Part shown: in pieces, positions 1 through 13,059 of the stretch
Layout: each line of letters starts with the position of its first letter
How positions within the stretch are numbered: the stretch's first letter is position 1
NCBI GenBank assembly: GCA_030324005.1
Contig: JARDVH010000099.1
Location: 52,609,172 to 52,673,171, forward strand
DNA: 64,000 nt
Direction: 5' to 3'
DNA from: Negaprion brevirostris
Lineage: Eukaryota
The notes under the pieces: model-generated
Told to the model about the DNA's origin: nothing
The model's input: only the letters and a program-made list of their open reading frames with translations
The model's database searches: none
Translations under genes and position numbers: made by a program

Positions 1-495
1 TCGAAGAGTCATTTTGCTGCAGCATTCCCACCCTCTGACTTGCTCTTGTATTGCGGTTGCTCGTTCAGTTAAGTTCTAGGGAATTAGAAACGGAANNNNN
101 NNNNNNNNNNNNNNNNNNNNNNNNNNNNNNNNNNNNNNNNNNNNNNNNNNNNNNNNNNNNNNNNNNNNNNNNNNNNNNNNNNNNNNNNNNNNNNNNNNNN
201 NNNNNNNNNNNNNNNNNNNNNNNNNNNNNNNNNNNNNNNNNNNNNNNNNNNNNNNNNNNNNNNNNNNNNNNNNNNNNNNNNNNNNNNNNGTGGAGAGCTT
301 TTCCTTTGACTTCCTCTATGACTTGAGTTTTATTAAGGTTCCTTGGTGTTAAACTTGGCCAAATGCTGTCTTATTGTCAAAAGCAGTCATTCCCACCTCA
401 CCGTTGGAACAATGCCTTCATGAGACCAGGAGCTTTCTGATCGTGGTGGAACCCAAACTGGGTACTGGTGCGCAGGTGAAGTAGCGACTGCTTGT
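1..495 (-). mobile_element. Decayed LINE RT fragment (CR1/Jockey-group shark family, here called LINE-A), split by an N gap
   Basis: ggccaaatgctgtcttattgtcaaaagcagtcattcccacctcacc and ggaacccaaactg resemble the antisense RT core (ALDIKAAFD-like, QFGFR-like) of a common shark LINE. Confidence 0.5.
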
Positions 496-1094
496 GGGCT
501 GGGCCCTCAAAGCTTCTCAGCCGTCTTATTTTCCCAGTGAGGTCAATTTCCTCAGCAGCCCTGTGAGTAGGATTATCTTATATTAGAGGTATATTACGAT
601 TATCATTTAAGGGAAGTTTTATGAGTTGAAGGATTTTATCCACTCTGATCTCAGCAAGATCACTTTAAACAAAATTGCAAAAAAATTATAAATTTAATTA
701 GGATAAAAGTCATGCTTTGAAATTTTTATCATTTATACTTGGACACACACAGTTGTCTAGAGATACCCTAAATAATGTCATGCCCTAATGTCCAGATATC
801 ACTGACTCACTCCATCATACTTGCACAGCAAAGCGGGCTAACTGTACTTTGATGGCAGTGGACACATATCACCATAGTTTCTGTATGTGTAGAGTGCTCA
901 TGTGTATTCAATAGCAATGTTCACTGTTGCCTTGGCATGAGAGATATATTCCATCTAATAGCAGTTCAATAAGGATGCATCTGGTCACTTGCAGCAATTC
1001 TAACACATTCCTTCTCATTCCTTTTGTGATGACAGAAGGATCCACCTACATCTGTAGTGGGAACTGAGTGAGTTCAGGATGTAGAGCAGGTCAA

Positions 1095-1390
1095 TTGGAA
1101 AAATGGGGGCAGAGGGCCAAAACATGTCATAGAAACAAGGTGGGTTGAACTCACCAAGGAACTTTAAAAAAAACCCAGAATTTTGAAATCAATGTGTAGG
1201 GAGATAGGGGAGCTGAAAGAGGTTGAAACAGATGTAATAGATAGCAGAACTTCTCCAGTCACAGGATGGGTTTATGTAAAATGGAGCTTCGAAGGCTAGC
1301 AAACTCCAAATTGGAGAAGTTGATCAGGAGTTTATGAACGTGTCACTGGAATTCAGTGCTGTTAAGGGTGAAGAAAGTACAAAGGCAGAC
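1095..1390 (-). mobile_element. Highly decayed L2-type LINE fragment
   Basis: Purine-rich segment with ggaactttaaaaaaaacccagaattttgaaatc resembling the antisense shark L2 ORF2 3' region. Confidence 0.4.
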
Positions 1391-1393
1391 AAT

Positions 1394-2060
1394 GGGAAGA
1401 ATCTTCAGCCCCTGGAGAGAGGAAGGAGCCAGAATGGCCTGAAAATTAGGTAGTTTGGCGTTGACACTGATATCCAATGCCTTCCCACTTCCACCATTAG
1501 TAAGTTTGGGACAGGAAGAGCCATGGTCAATCGTCCCACAATGCCTCCACTTGAGATCCTTAAGTGGTCAATTAACAACCATTTAAAGGCCTCTTCCCAT
1601 CTTTATTGCAATTTCTGCAGCTTTGCTGAAATGTGGCCTGTATGATTGGTTAAAATGTATTGGCTGCCTGTAAGCTAGGGATGGGTCTCCCTTGGTCTGC
1701 ATTAATAATCTCTGCATGATTGCGGGCATGGGTAGATCACCTGTCCATGTGACTGACCCCTGACAGTCCATCTTTCTCCTGGGTCACTCCTGATCCTTTG
1801 ATACTGGGAGTGATGCTCTTTGGCAGCAGCCATGACCTCCTCTGTGCTGTTGCCGAACGCAAGAGCTGTCATCTCTGATTAGCCAGCAGCTCTTGGTGTG
1901 CACCACATTGAATGTTGGGATCCTTAGGCAGGATGGGGGCCAACCACTGTCTTTTAAAGTGCCTGATGGGCAGAGAATGAGTGCAGATGTCTTGCCGTTT
2001 TCTCAGATGGTGTGAAACACTCACGGAAAACAGAGGATTCTGTCCATTGTCACTAAAATA
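1394..2060. mobile_element. Decayed non-autonomous DNA transposon (Harbinger-like)
   Basis: Starts with TIR-like gggaagaatctt. Contains the cttaagtggtcaattaa motif and an AAGAGCTG..CAGCTCTT hairpin also seen in other copies in the window. Confidence 0.4.
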
Positions 2061-3264
2061 GAAACATGAAACTTGGCTCAAGGTCAAAAAATGCCAAGGT
2101 TACTACCATCGCGTTCAACCTACAAAATCAACCTGGGAAAGGGTTAGCATTGCAGGGGAGTAGTGTGGGGCCAAGATCTGTTGAGGAAAAAAACAGGAAA
2201 GCTTCTGTCTTACTTATGTTAAATTGCAAAATGCTTTGCTTCAGCTATGGCCTTGCATACATGGAGCTATCAAGACTGGTGACAAAAGAGGTAGACCTGG
2301 ACATTATCAGTATACAAATGGCAGTTTGCCCCTTACTTGTGGGCAATTATGGCTTATGGGCAGGCAGCCTATTGATAAGAAAACAGAAAGGGATGAAGGA
2401 TAAAACTTCTAATTAGCAACTTACACAGCCCATCCCAATATACCTCTCTCCTATCAAAAAGGTAGCCTTGCAAGGGCTTGCAGTGCTTAAATAAGTGGGA
2501 TTCCAAGGTGAAAAAGCTGGGCATTGAACCTACTGCTTGCAGTCATCTGCAGCATTGTCTCTGAGAGTCACAGACCACCTGCACATTCAGGGAACAGAAA
2601 CCTTTACAGCTGAAGTGTGGAATCAGATTAACTGATGGTGCGAGTATCTTAACTTGGGCACAGTCCACTGGGCTCAGCTGTGAGATGCTGCAACAGCATA
2701 ATATCTTCAGTCTGTGGCCAGCTGTTTGCTTTTAGAGAAATGAATGAACCTCCTGGCATCTTCAAATGCTATATACAGCGGTGTCTGGCTAATTCCACCA
2801 GAAATCACTCCGGCTGCCTGGAATAACCACAGTCAGCCAGAATTGATGGATGCTGTCAATTTCAAAGTCAGGCGCAAAGTAGGACTTCTTCTAATCAGAT
2901 GTCATAACTTAACCCAACCACTGCCACCCTACTACTCGTCTAATGCATCTAAGCAATTTAAACAAAGTTGGTATTCAAATACACAGATAAGTAGGTTACT
3001 TTTAGCTTCGCTACACCATTGTCACTGTGCCTTTTCATCCAGCTGTTTCTTTGATAAAACCGGCACAAGGGTAAAGATGTCCGGTTCTGCCATTGTCACT
3101 GTTAACCTGACAGACTATGGATAAATTACGGTAATCCAAGTGTTACTTAGAGCACAGATGGCATAAAGGTTATAAGGAAATGGTGTCTTATTTTATGCAA
3201 TCAGATGCATTTGCTCAAATATTTTCAAATGTAAATTTTCAGGTGACTGTATTGCCAGCAGTGA

Positions 3265-3795
3265 CTCTCAGGTAGGCAGGCAGGCTCTGGGTGGGCAGGA
3301 AATAATTGAGAAGGTTGGGCAACTGGGACATGATAGGGAAGGCATAATGGGGGTGCCCCGGAGAACGGTGGAAATGATTGGTAAGATGGAGGGGAATGAT
3401 CAGGAAGGTAGGAATAATGGAGACTGCAGGGGGAAAATGAACAAGAAAGAGGTAATAATGGGGAGACCATAGCTGGGAGTAGGAGGAAGCAATGATCAGA
3501 ATGGAGGGTATAATGGACATGGAGGGTTGATGCGGGAGGAATGAGACTGGGAGGATATTAAAGTGATCAGCAAAGTAGCGACTGACTGGGTGAACATTGC
3601 AAATGGTTGGGTGAGAGTGACTGAGAAAGGGGAACTAATTGGGAAGGAGTGAATTAGGGGGAGGGGAGGGGGATATGGGCATCATGAGAAAGGAAGGAAC
3701 TGTGGGGAACAATTAGGAGACAGGGCTGGTGGTGGGATAGGATGAGATTCCAGCATATGGAAAACAGGAGGGAGAGAGCAAAGAGCAGACTGGAG
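3265..3795. repeat. Purine/G-rich low-complexity tract
   Basis: Strong G+A skew on the plus strand with recurrent GGA/GGG runs and no fixed period. Confidence 0.7.
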
Positions 3796-4685
3796 TCTGT
3801 AACAGTCTGCTTTAGTGTAGGGAGAAGCATTCCAACACCTTTGATTCCGCATTTGGGTATAACTGCTCACCTTCCTTGATTTGCTGACTTTAAGGATGGT
3901 TGTTTGAGCTGCTTCACATCACATTTTTCTGGTAACACAGCAACACAAACCTACAAAAGTGGTCTCAAACAGATGCTTGGCTCCCTATTTACTTACACAA
4001 TGGGTCTCTCACTTGTTTCAGGTGAGCATCCAGGTCACTCTTTTTGTGCCTTCACCAATATGGCAGATGGCAAGATACTGAATGCTATGGGATGGTATGC
4101 TAACAATTTTTTTCAAACGTAAAGACACATAGAGTTTTTGCTTTGACACAGTTGGCAATTTGGATGCAAACTGCTCAGGCAGTGTTTTAGGGCATGTGTT
4201 TTCTGCATTGAAAAAGTATTGCTTGATATACTTAAGAGTAGTAACCTGGTGCAATTATATCAATCAAGCTGTAAGTGGGTTCATCACAAAGAAGTATTAT
4301 TAATCAGCATGTTTAATCCACCACTTGAGAGTAACCAGCTTTAGATAAGTAAAAGTGACTTGAGTATAGCAAGCTTAGAAGACCATTGATTGTTCATTTG
4401 AATATGGCAAGGGGCTGCTCATTTCAGGGATCTCCCCAATCTCCTGTATTATGAGGATTGACATGAAGGTGTCCTATTTTACGTGCTCTCCCACACCCCT
4501 GAGGGAAAGAAGCCTGTCAGGGGCATGTAAAATTCAGCCCAATTTAATTTTAAGATTCCTCAAAGATCTGCAAATTGATTAAATTAATGGAAACTTGCTC
4601 TGGTGATTAATTTGATCTGGGAGCTACTTTGATGCATAGGGATTGCTTCTAGCGTGATTCTTTTTGAATTCGAACAAAAGATAAC

Positions 4686-4890
4686 AGTAGGATTTTCTAC
4701 TCCCACAATAGCACGTTTTGCCGTGGCGGAGGTGGCCTGCCATTGGCTGGCCATGGGATCTTCCGATCTCATTGCTGCCAATGGATTTCCCATTGTTCAC
4801 ACCCTCCGCCACCAATGAACCTCTGGCAGGAAGTTGCTGTTCGCAGTACTGGAATATCCCGCTGGTGGGGGTGGCTGGAAAATCCCGTCC
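4686..4890. mobile_element. Harbinger/Tourist-like MITE (about 200-nt family)
   Basis: TIR-like ends (ggattttc ... gaaaatcccgtcc), internal caatggatttcccattg palindrome, and visible similarity to copies at 49841 and 62727. Confidence 0.7.
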
Positions 4891-5089
4891 AATGGAAAGT
4901 CGATTCACTCTGGATGTAATTTGCATTTGACTCTCTCCATATTTTGCTCTGCTTTAGACTTGTTCTTAAAAAAAAAATACAACCTAGTGGAAACTCCAGG
5001 CCACTGTGTTTTACGAAGAGCAAGGAAATTAAGCATGAATACAAAGAATATAAATAATAATTTAAAAATGGGAATAATCACACAATTGG

Positions 5090-8000
5090 GAGGTGGGATG
5101 ATCATTTATTTACCTGTTTGCAAAATGCCAGGTAAGGGTTACTCCATCTTTAGGTTATTCGTACAGTTTTGAACTATTGCGTAAATAGTTAAGTCTAAGA
5201 ACAGTTACATTCTCTCATTGTTTGTGTAGAGAAATAATACTGATTCTTAACACTGTTAAGTGAACATGGTATTACTATGAAGTAGAAATTTGAGGATTCA
5301 CACATCAGACTGCAGTAAGCACATGAGACATTTCACTAGATGCATGTTAAAACTAAGAACAAGAAAAAAATACATTAAGTGTAAAGATAAATCAGCTTAC
5401 ATCTCATTATCATGTTGAATTCTGTTATTGGAACTTGCAACAAAAGCACAACGTGAAGGATGTCCCATTATTCGAGAGAAAACACCTGGAATGTCATGCC
5501 TGATTCTGACTGTTAGAAGCCACCATCAGAATCGCCAGATTAAACAATAAACCCCCAAACTGCATGATTACAAACAAGCTCTCTCTCCAATCTAATGTTG
5601 CTAACGTCTGAGGACGGGTACTAGATAAGCTGGAAATTTGATCAGTTGCTTTCTCATTCGTAACATGCTTTAGCGCTTAGAAAAAAGAAAAAGTTAAACA
5701 ACAGATAACTGTACTGTTATGAGCAAATTACCCCAATCATCTTTCCACATAATAGTTATTAGCGGAGTGTTGTTTGCATATATTGGTTTTAAGCCATTTT
5801 TGTCAATTCAGATCTATTGTACACCATAATGTCCCAATGTTATGTCATTTCTGTGCATTAGAATTGCTTGTGATTTACTCCATTACTTTCCACAGAATGC
5901 AAAATGACTGCCTCTGAAGCAATAACAATATGCCTATAATTGGGCTCATTTATAATAGAGGGCAGGTTTTCTTTTATCATTCATATTGCATGTTCAGCTG
6001 GATGACCCAGTAGCTCTGTTTTTTTTTGAAGATATGCCATGAAGCAGAGTTGTCCAATTAAGGTATTTGACATAGATGGGCCTGCTCTGTTTTTACGTTA
6101 GCACTCTGTGGAATGTAAGGTAATAAAAGTCACCTTTCAAACGATAACTGCATGTTCTAAAGGAGGTAACTTTGGCATTTCCCTTCCTGGTCCATTAAAG
6201 GACTTCAATATTCTTGGACTAATGACTAATTATGAAAGTATCAAATCACCAACAGCACAGTGCAATTTAGATACAAGTTGGCAGAATTTAAAAAATGGCA
6301 ACACTTCCAAATGAATTACATTTGCCCAAAGGTATAATTGAAAAATGACTGAAAGTTGAATCAAAATCCTCAGTCCCTTCCAAAGTAGCTCTTTCAACTG
6401 AGGTTAAAATGATCTGTTATTTGGCAAATTAAGAAAAGCGAATTCCACTTAAATTATCCACTGTATTAAGAATATCCCAATCCCCTTGTAAATTTCTATT
6501 TATACTTATGAGCTCAGAGATACCTGCAATTAACTGCATATTTTCTGAACCCACGCTTTTTGCTCAGGATGTATATTGATCTTACCTTTGTAATCCTTTT
6601 ACCATTACACAACATGTTATATAGCTGCTGTTGACTTGACTCGCCACAAAAATTACATAAATTACAGCATGTTTTTCTCGCTGTTAAAAGGTACATCATA
6701 GACTGACTGCACAATATGCATTTTGGGGTGACATCTGGAGTACTTTTTCGACAAATATTCGGGCACCTTAGCTGTTATACTGAGATATGTGTTGGCACTT
6801 TGGCCTCTGCAATACAACAAAAATGACAAGATAGTACCAGAAAGTCTATGAAAGAAATATTACTTTCGATCAGACATTTACAACTCTGTTTTATGTTTAA
6901 TAAAACAGAATTTGTTTTTTTAAATTTAATGTTATTTGGGATATTAAGTGAGGTAATTTCTCACAAACTGCAGTACAAATTAATGGACAGATTAGCTAAA
7001 TCAAGTGATCTGATTAGTGAGAGAGCAGCCAATAAATGGACTATATTTCTAAAATGCATGGGGCTATTCAGAAACAGTACCGTGTAAGGGTTTTAAAAAG
7101 GCTGTTACCTTGATGCAATCTGAGAAGAAATCTAAAAGCAGTTCTATTTACTAGAATTTAGTACATTAAACTGATTAAAGCGTAAGATACGGTCAAGTTC
7201 AGTAATCAGCTGTCTGGCGGCTTTCTTTATACAGGCTAAAACACTCGAGGGCTCACTATAATCACAACAATGATCACTGTCCAATATGGCAGAGCAACTA
7301 GGACCTTACCAAAGTAGGTCATTGTAATACATGGGGTTTTTTTTGACATGTGTAGAAGTTGTCGCAATTCAGAATGCTCAATAAAAAAAGGGAAATCTAG
7401 AAATCAACTGGAATCAAAGTACAGTAAATGTTGTGCAGCAAATAGCATACTTCGCACTTCAGAGTCTATTCAAGGACATTTTGTTTGTCATGCTAATAAA
7501 ATCTTTTCATTCCCAGCCGATGTACATAATCTTGTTAAACATTAGAGAAATTAAGAAAATAAAGGTATTAAAGAAATACAATGTTGAATTTAAAATACAT
7601 TTACTTCAACAAAAACAAAAAGAAGGCTTCCAGATATTAAGAAACCACTGAAGCTATTTGAACTGCTTGGGCAGGTTGCATAGTTTGAGTTTCTTATCAT
7701 TTTTCAAAACATCTACTTCAGTACCTTTTCAATAGACTAGTGGTAATATAATGACAAACTTGCAAATAATTCAGAGATATTCATGTTACAGGGAGTGGAA
7801 GAGTCATACCACTGCCATATTTCACAATAAATTCACATCTGCAGCCTCTGCCAGCTTGCAGACACAACACTTTGGATAGAATGGAATTATTGCCTGCAAA
7901 GACCTTTGGTCTTGTATATCAGTATACAGCAATTAAATTCATTTCCTAATATCTAGAAACCTCCATAACAATGAATACAGTAAATCAACATTGACACCTA

Positions 8001-8146
8001 CTCAGAAATAAGCATGTGTGCTGAATTCAAAAACACAATTAAGGATCATTTAATACAGATGCTACTTTGTGGTCATATATACGAATGACTTCCCATTCTT
8101 CTGAGCAAGGAGTGGAGTTGATTCCATCGTGCCAAGTACTTGTCTG
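5090..8146 (-). other. GPATCH2: Probable long 3' UTR of GPATCH2
   Basis: Directly follows the stop codon. About 3 kb of AT-rich sequence with no recognisable TE, in an otherwise TE-dense window. The distal end is inferred only from a candidate AATAAA. Confidence 0.4.
5105..5110 (-). terminator. Candidate polyadenylation signal AATAAA
   Basis: TTTATT on the plus strand near the distal edge of the repeat-free block. ATTAAA variants also occur nearer the stop, so actual usage is unknown. Confidence 0.25.
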
Positions 8147-8341
<195 letters not shown>

Positions 8342-8639
8342 TCAGCATAGTCATATGGAAAAGAGCAGGATAATCTGAATTAGAGTTTAAAACCTCTAAT
8401 TCTTCTAATTTATTTGATGAGTTGCGAGTACAGTCTAATCTCATCACATGATGACCTCGTGAACTTAGGTGTACAAGATGATGGTTATGTTTCCCAATAT
8501 TAAAAATCGGTTTGGTACTGATAATAGACTGTATTGCTTGGGAGTGGGCAACGATGGGTGCAGTGTCAAACTTTACTCTGCTGACTTCCTAAACTATACA
8601 CTTAAGGGAAGGAAAGAAAACTTGAAGGATTGCCAATTG

Positions 8640-8980
8640 AACCATAGCACAGAAAGAGGCCATTTGGCCCACCTTGTTCATGTGAGCCCGAGGACACCCA
8701 GGTGCCCTTTCTAATCCCACCTTTCTGCACCTGGCCCATAGCCCTGTAGCTTACATCACTTACGGTGCAAATCCAGGTACTTTTTAAAAGGGTTTAATGT
8801 CTCTGCCTCCACTAGCCCAGGCAGTGAATTCCAGACACCCACCACCCCCTGCATAAAAAAGTTCTTCCTCATCTCCCCTCTACACCTACTGTCACTTATC
8901 TTGAATCTATGCCCCCTGGTCCACCAAGGAAAACAAATTTATCCTGTTCACTCTATCTCTTCCCCTCATAATCTATCAAT
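8640..8980 (-). mobile_element. CR1 (HER1-like) LINE 3' end
   Basis: aggccatttggccc tail motif and ggcagtgaattccagacacccaccaccc (antisense RVV.VWNSLP). Confidence 0.75.
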
Positions 8981-10162
8981 CTTCCAGAATGTGAAGTACT
9001 CAGAGAATTACACTGAAAGAGAGAAAGGACGGAAAGACTTGGATTGCCATAACTCCTGTCACCACTTCAGGATGATACAAAGCAAATTATAATTAATGGA
9101 GTTCTTTTAAATTACAGTGACTGTTGTTATGTATGGAACATATGATAAAGCAATTGGGGTGCAAGATAAAACCATTTTCACCAGGGAACAAAAGAGAAGA
9201 ATACCGTCTTAAAGTCCCCATAGGTTTGTTGATAAAGGAAACATGGATTAGATGTAATTAACATTTGGCATTTCATAGGCATTTTTCTTTAATAAAAATT
9301 CCAAGTGACTGTGGCCAGAATTTTCTGGTCCTGCCCTTAGTGGATAACAGTGTGGGTGGGAGGGAAAATTTGATGGACCAGTCAAAGGTCCATTGATTTT
9401 GGACGGGAAATTTTTGGTCCCGTGGTGGGAATAATCAAAAGCCACATTCAACGACTCCCAGACAGTCCACTCTTGAACCAAATACTATGCTGCGCAATAA
9501 AAATATTTCTTCACATCCCCAATCAACATTGACGAGAAAGAGAACTGGATTAACTATACAAATACTGTATCTACAAGAGCAGGTCAAAGGTTAGAAATCC
9601 TGCAGTGAGTGACTCACCTCCCTGACTCCCCAAGTCTGTTCATCACTAACAAGGCACTTGGTCAAGAGTGTAAAATTTGCCTGAGCAGGTGGAGCTCCAA
9701 CACACTCAAGGAACTTGACACCATCCAGGGCAAAGCAACCTGCTTGATTAGCACTCCAACCACAAGCATTCATTCTCTCTACCACTGATATATAGTGGTA
9801 GCAGTGTCTACCTGTATATAAGACACAATACAGGAACTCACCAAGGCTCCTTAGACAGCACCTTTCAGACACACAACCACTGCCATCTAGAAGGGCAAAC
9901 GCAGCAGGTACTTGGGAACACCACCATTTAGAAGTTCCTCTCCAAGCCACTCACCATCCTGACCTGGAAATATTTCATCGCTCCTGAGTCAAACTCCAAG
10001 AACTCCCCCCTTAACAACGCTTTGGGTGTACCAACACCATATGGACTGTAGCTTGGTATGATTCCTGCTCTGACCAAGGCCACAAGAAACTACAAAGGGT
10101 TGTGAACATAGCCCAGTCTATTACGCAAACCAGCCTCCCATCCATCGACTCCATCTATACTT

Positions 10163-10328
10163 ATGTCCTTTGGGAAAGGAAATCTGCCATCCTTACCCAA
10201 TCTGACCTACATGTAACACCAGAACCACAGCAATGCAGTTGACTCTCAATGCCCTTTGGCAACTAGGGATGGGCAATAAATGCTGGCCAGGCTGCAAAGC
10301 CCATATCCCACAAATGAATTAAAAAAAA
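10163..10328 (+). mobile_element. 5'-truncated SINE sharing the LINE-A tail
   Basis: ggaaatctgccatccttacc core, tail gcaactagggatgggcaataaatgctggcc, poly(A), and ACTT duplicated on both sides. Confidence 0.75.
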
Positions 10329-10357
10329 CTTCCTGCTGCCTTGGGAAAGGAGCCAGC

Positions 10358-10590
10358 ATTAGTAAATTTGCTGATGACACCAAAGTCGGAGGTGTGGTAG
10401 ATAGTGAGGAAGGGTGTCTTAGTTTACAGGGAGACTNNNNNNNNNNNNNNNNNNNNNNNNNNNNNNNNNNNNNNNNNNNNNNNNNNNNNNNNNNNNNNNN
10501 NNNNNNNNNNNNNNNNNNNNNNNNNNNNNNNNNNNNCGCAACATCGTGGGCCGAAGGGCCTGTTCTGCGCTATAATGTTCTATGTTCTAT
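10358..10590 (+). mobile_element. CR1/HER1 LINE fragment with internal gap
   Basis: ISKFADDTKVGGVVDSEEG RT motif, then an N run, then gggccgaagggcctgt and a (GTTCTAT)n tail. Confidence 0.85.
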
Positions 10591-13059
10591 AATCAGAGAG
10601 CCCACGGACCCCAGGCATACTCTCTTCCACCTTCCTCCATCGAGAAAAAGATGCAAAAAAACATGTACCAACTGACTTAAGAACAGGTTCTTCCCCACTG
10701 CCATTAGACTTTTGAATAGTCCTATCACATAATAAGCTGATCTTTCTCCTCACCCTGTTGGTAACAAACACTATATTAACACTCTATCCATTCTATCTCC
10801 TCTATGTACACTCTGTATGTTTTGTCTGTATAGCTTGCAAGAAACAATGCTTTTCACTATATCCCAATATATATATGACAACAATAACTCAATTCAGTTC
10901 CAGAAGGCAGCTAGCTCATCACCAACTTCTCGAGGGCAATTAGGGATGGGTAATAAATGCTGACCATGCCAACAAAGCCCATATCCCACGTATGAATTTT
11001 AAAACTGTCAATGTCAAAGCAGTATATACTGACCCTCTATCCCTCCTACAAAGGAAACAGTTTCTCCCTATCCACTCCACCCAGACTTCTCATGATTTTG
11101 AACATCATGAACACATGATAAATAAAAAGAGCCAGGGATTATTCAAGTCTGCATAGGTTAGGATCATCAGGGGAGCCTCCCCTGCACTTAGATTGTTCCT
11201 AATAACTTATTGCAGAAAATTTAAATTCTGGTCATCAAAAAAGTGCTTTATGATACAAAAAATGCTTCAGTTAAAAATTCAAATGATCAAATGTAAATTA
11301 TATTCCCTGGCACAACTATTTCATAGTTCCTTCATTTACCTCTCTTCTACTGAATCTTCTTTACTCACACACAGGCTCAGTTACGTTACTGCACAGAACT
11401 GCTTGCCAGTCTTTGTGGAGGTTGGATACTTCATTACCTGAAGTAGTCTCAGCATAGTCTGACCAATTGATGAAACCACATCAATGTAACTCACAGCTTA
11501 TAGAGTGTGATGCAAGTATCTGCGATTACAATGTTTTGAAACAGGTAACACAGCATGTACTTTTCTGGGTATAGTCTGTCTATGCTGTTCTAAAATTAAT
11601 TTCTTAGCAGTATTGGTTGTAAACCTTCAATAACAAATAGCCTTCCTGAATAGCACCGCAGCACTAAATATCACAACTGCCAGAACATTGTGACATTTAA
11701 GTGAAATATTATTTGAAAAATAATTTTGTTATGCAATCTTTCAGTTACATTTTTCCAATTCATTTGAATGGTTGCATATTTGCTCAGAGTTAAATCAGGC
11801 CTGTGTATAAGCCAGTCTGTTAAAAATACACCAAAACAAAACCATTTAGCTATGTTTTCCAGACAGCCACAGTTCATTCCTTTCTCCATCAGACTATAAA
11901 CTGAATGCCAGATCATAGGTCTACAGCTGCCAGAAGCTAGACATCTGCTTAATCACCCTCTGATGTTATAACAGCTTAATGCACGGATGAAACACAGTTA
12001 TTACACAATATCCTATCAGATGGAAAATTATTCTAATGGTTTTGTTTTTATCTCTGTCAAGTTACTATTATGAAAACCAGTTTCAGGTAAGCCAGTATAG
12101 CTGTACCTACGCTTCTATTGTCAAACAGGCCTATGCAATTTCTGACAGTGTTTTATAAAGATCTGTGGCTGGATGAGAAAAATATATTCTGTCAAGGTTT
12201 TACTTTGAATAAATACAAACATGCCTTTAACCAAACTTCATCTTTAGAACAACTAGATATATTAAAATGCAGGTAGCAGCTTAGATATCAAATATAAATG
12301 ACAGACCATCCATATTGATTTTCACTGAGCATTTCATCATGGATTTCCTTACAAGGCAGAAGAGTAAATTCCTGGACAATTCATTTGAAAGTAAAATACT
12401 GGTCATTCAACAAGCACTCGAGATTCTAGACAACAGGGGAAAATAAATGTCCACACAACAGGCATGTCAGATCCCTTATGCCCAGCAGTTGCCAAGCAAA
12501 TGAGGTCAGATTCCTTTCTAGAGTGGGAGCTTTATAAAGTAGATGGATATTGAAACAATATAACTTATTCTCTTCACACATATGCAAATCATATATTCTA
12601 CTTAATGCCAAACAAACTGAATGATTTTTCATATGTTAGTTTAAATATCGGCATTATTTGATGTTTGATCAAGATTTGAATATTAAATATCTTTACAGAT
12701 GAACCTAATAAAGGATTTTTTTCCATGTCTTCCTTTGTTTACTTCCAGGCCTAATTAAATGTTTTTAAAATGGAACAACATTCACCTGTACACAATAATA
12801 GATCTGTTTAAAATTACAGGTTTATGAAATACAGATAAATTGTATTTCAATTAAAATAGATAGTTTAGTAGAAAATTTATAGATGGTGCAATTCATATCC
12901 AATTCCCCCCAATCTTGACTGCATATCAGCAGGAAATGACAGCTACATTTTCCCATCTGGAGAAAGATGGAAAGATTGTCAAGCCATTGTATAAGGAAGT
13001 AGATTTTAACTAAGCTGGTCGCAGGCTTGTGCTGTACACAGAGATCCCAAATTATCTAC

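Larger units (their letters stand above)
10053..10895 (+). mobile_element. Rex1/Babar-type LINE 3' fragment, itself interrupted twice
   Basis: Colinear with the 3' halves of the copies at 16458 and 19341 (caaaccagcctcccatccat, aagaacagNttcttccc, caagaaacaat). Confidence 0.85.
9580..11004 (+). mobile_element. LINE-A 3' portion (9580-10052 plus 10896-11004), interrupted by nested insertions
   Basis: Decayed ORF2 end (GQRL.IL..VTHLLTPQ...TLKELDTIQGKATCLI). The 3' UTR breaks at ggactgtagc and resumes at agttccagaaggcagc...gggcaattagggatgggtaataaatgc. Confidence 0.75.

Noticed and set aside
2078-2086. Perfect ERR response element TCAAGGTCA near the presumed ESRRG side
   Set aside because: A 9-mer is expected about 0.5 times by chance on two strands of 64 kb, and it lies among decayed repeats.
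2066-2720. Possible second Harbinger transposase relic
   Set aside because: Only faint motif resemblance (ISGIPR, NR..F), too degraded to support without an HMM search.
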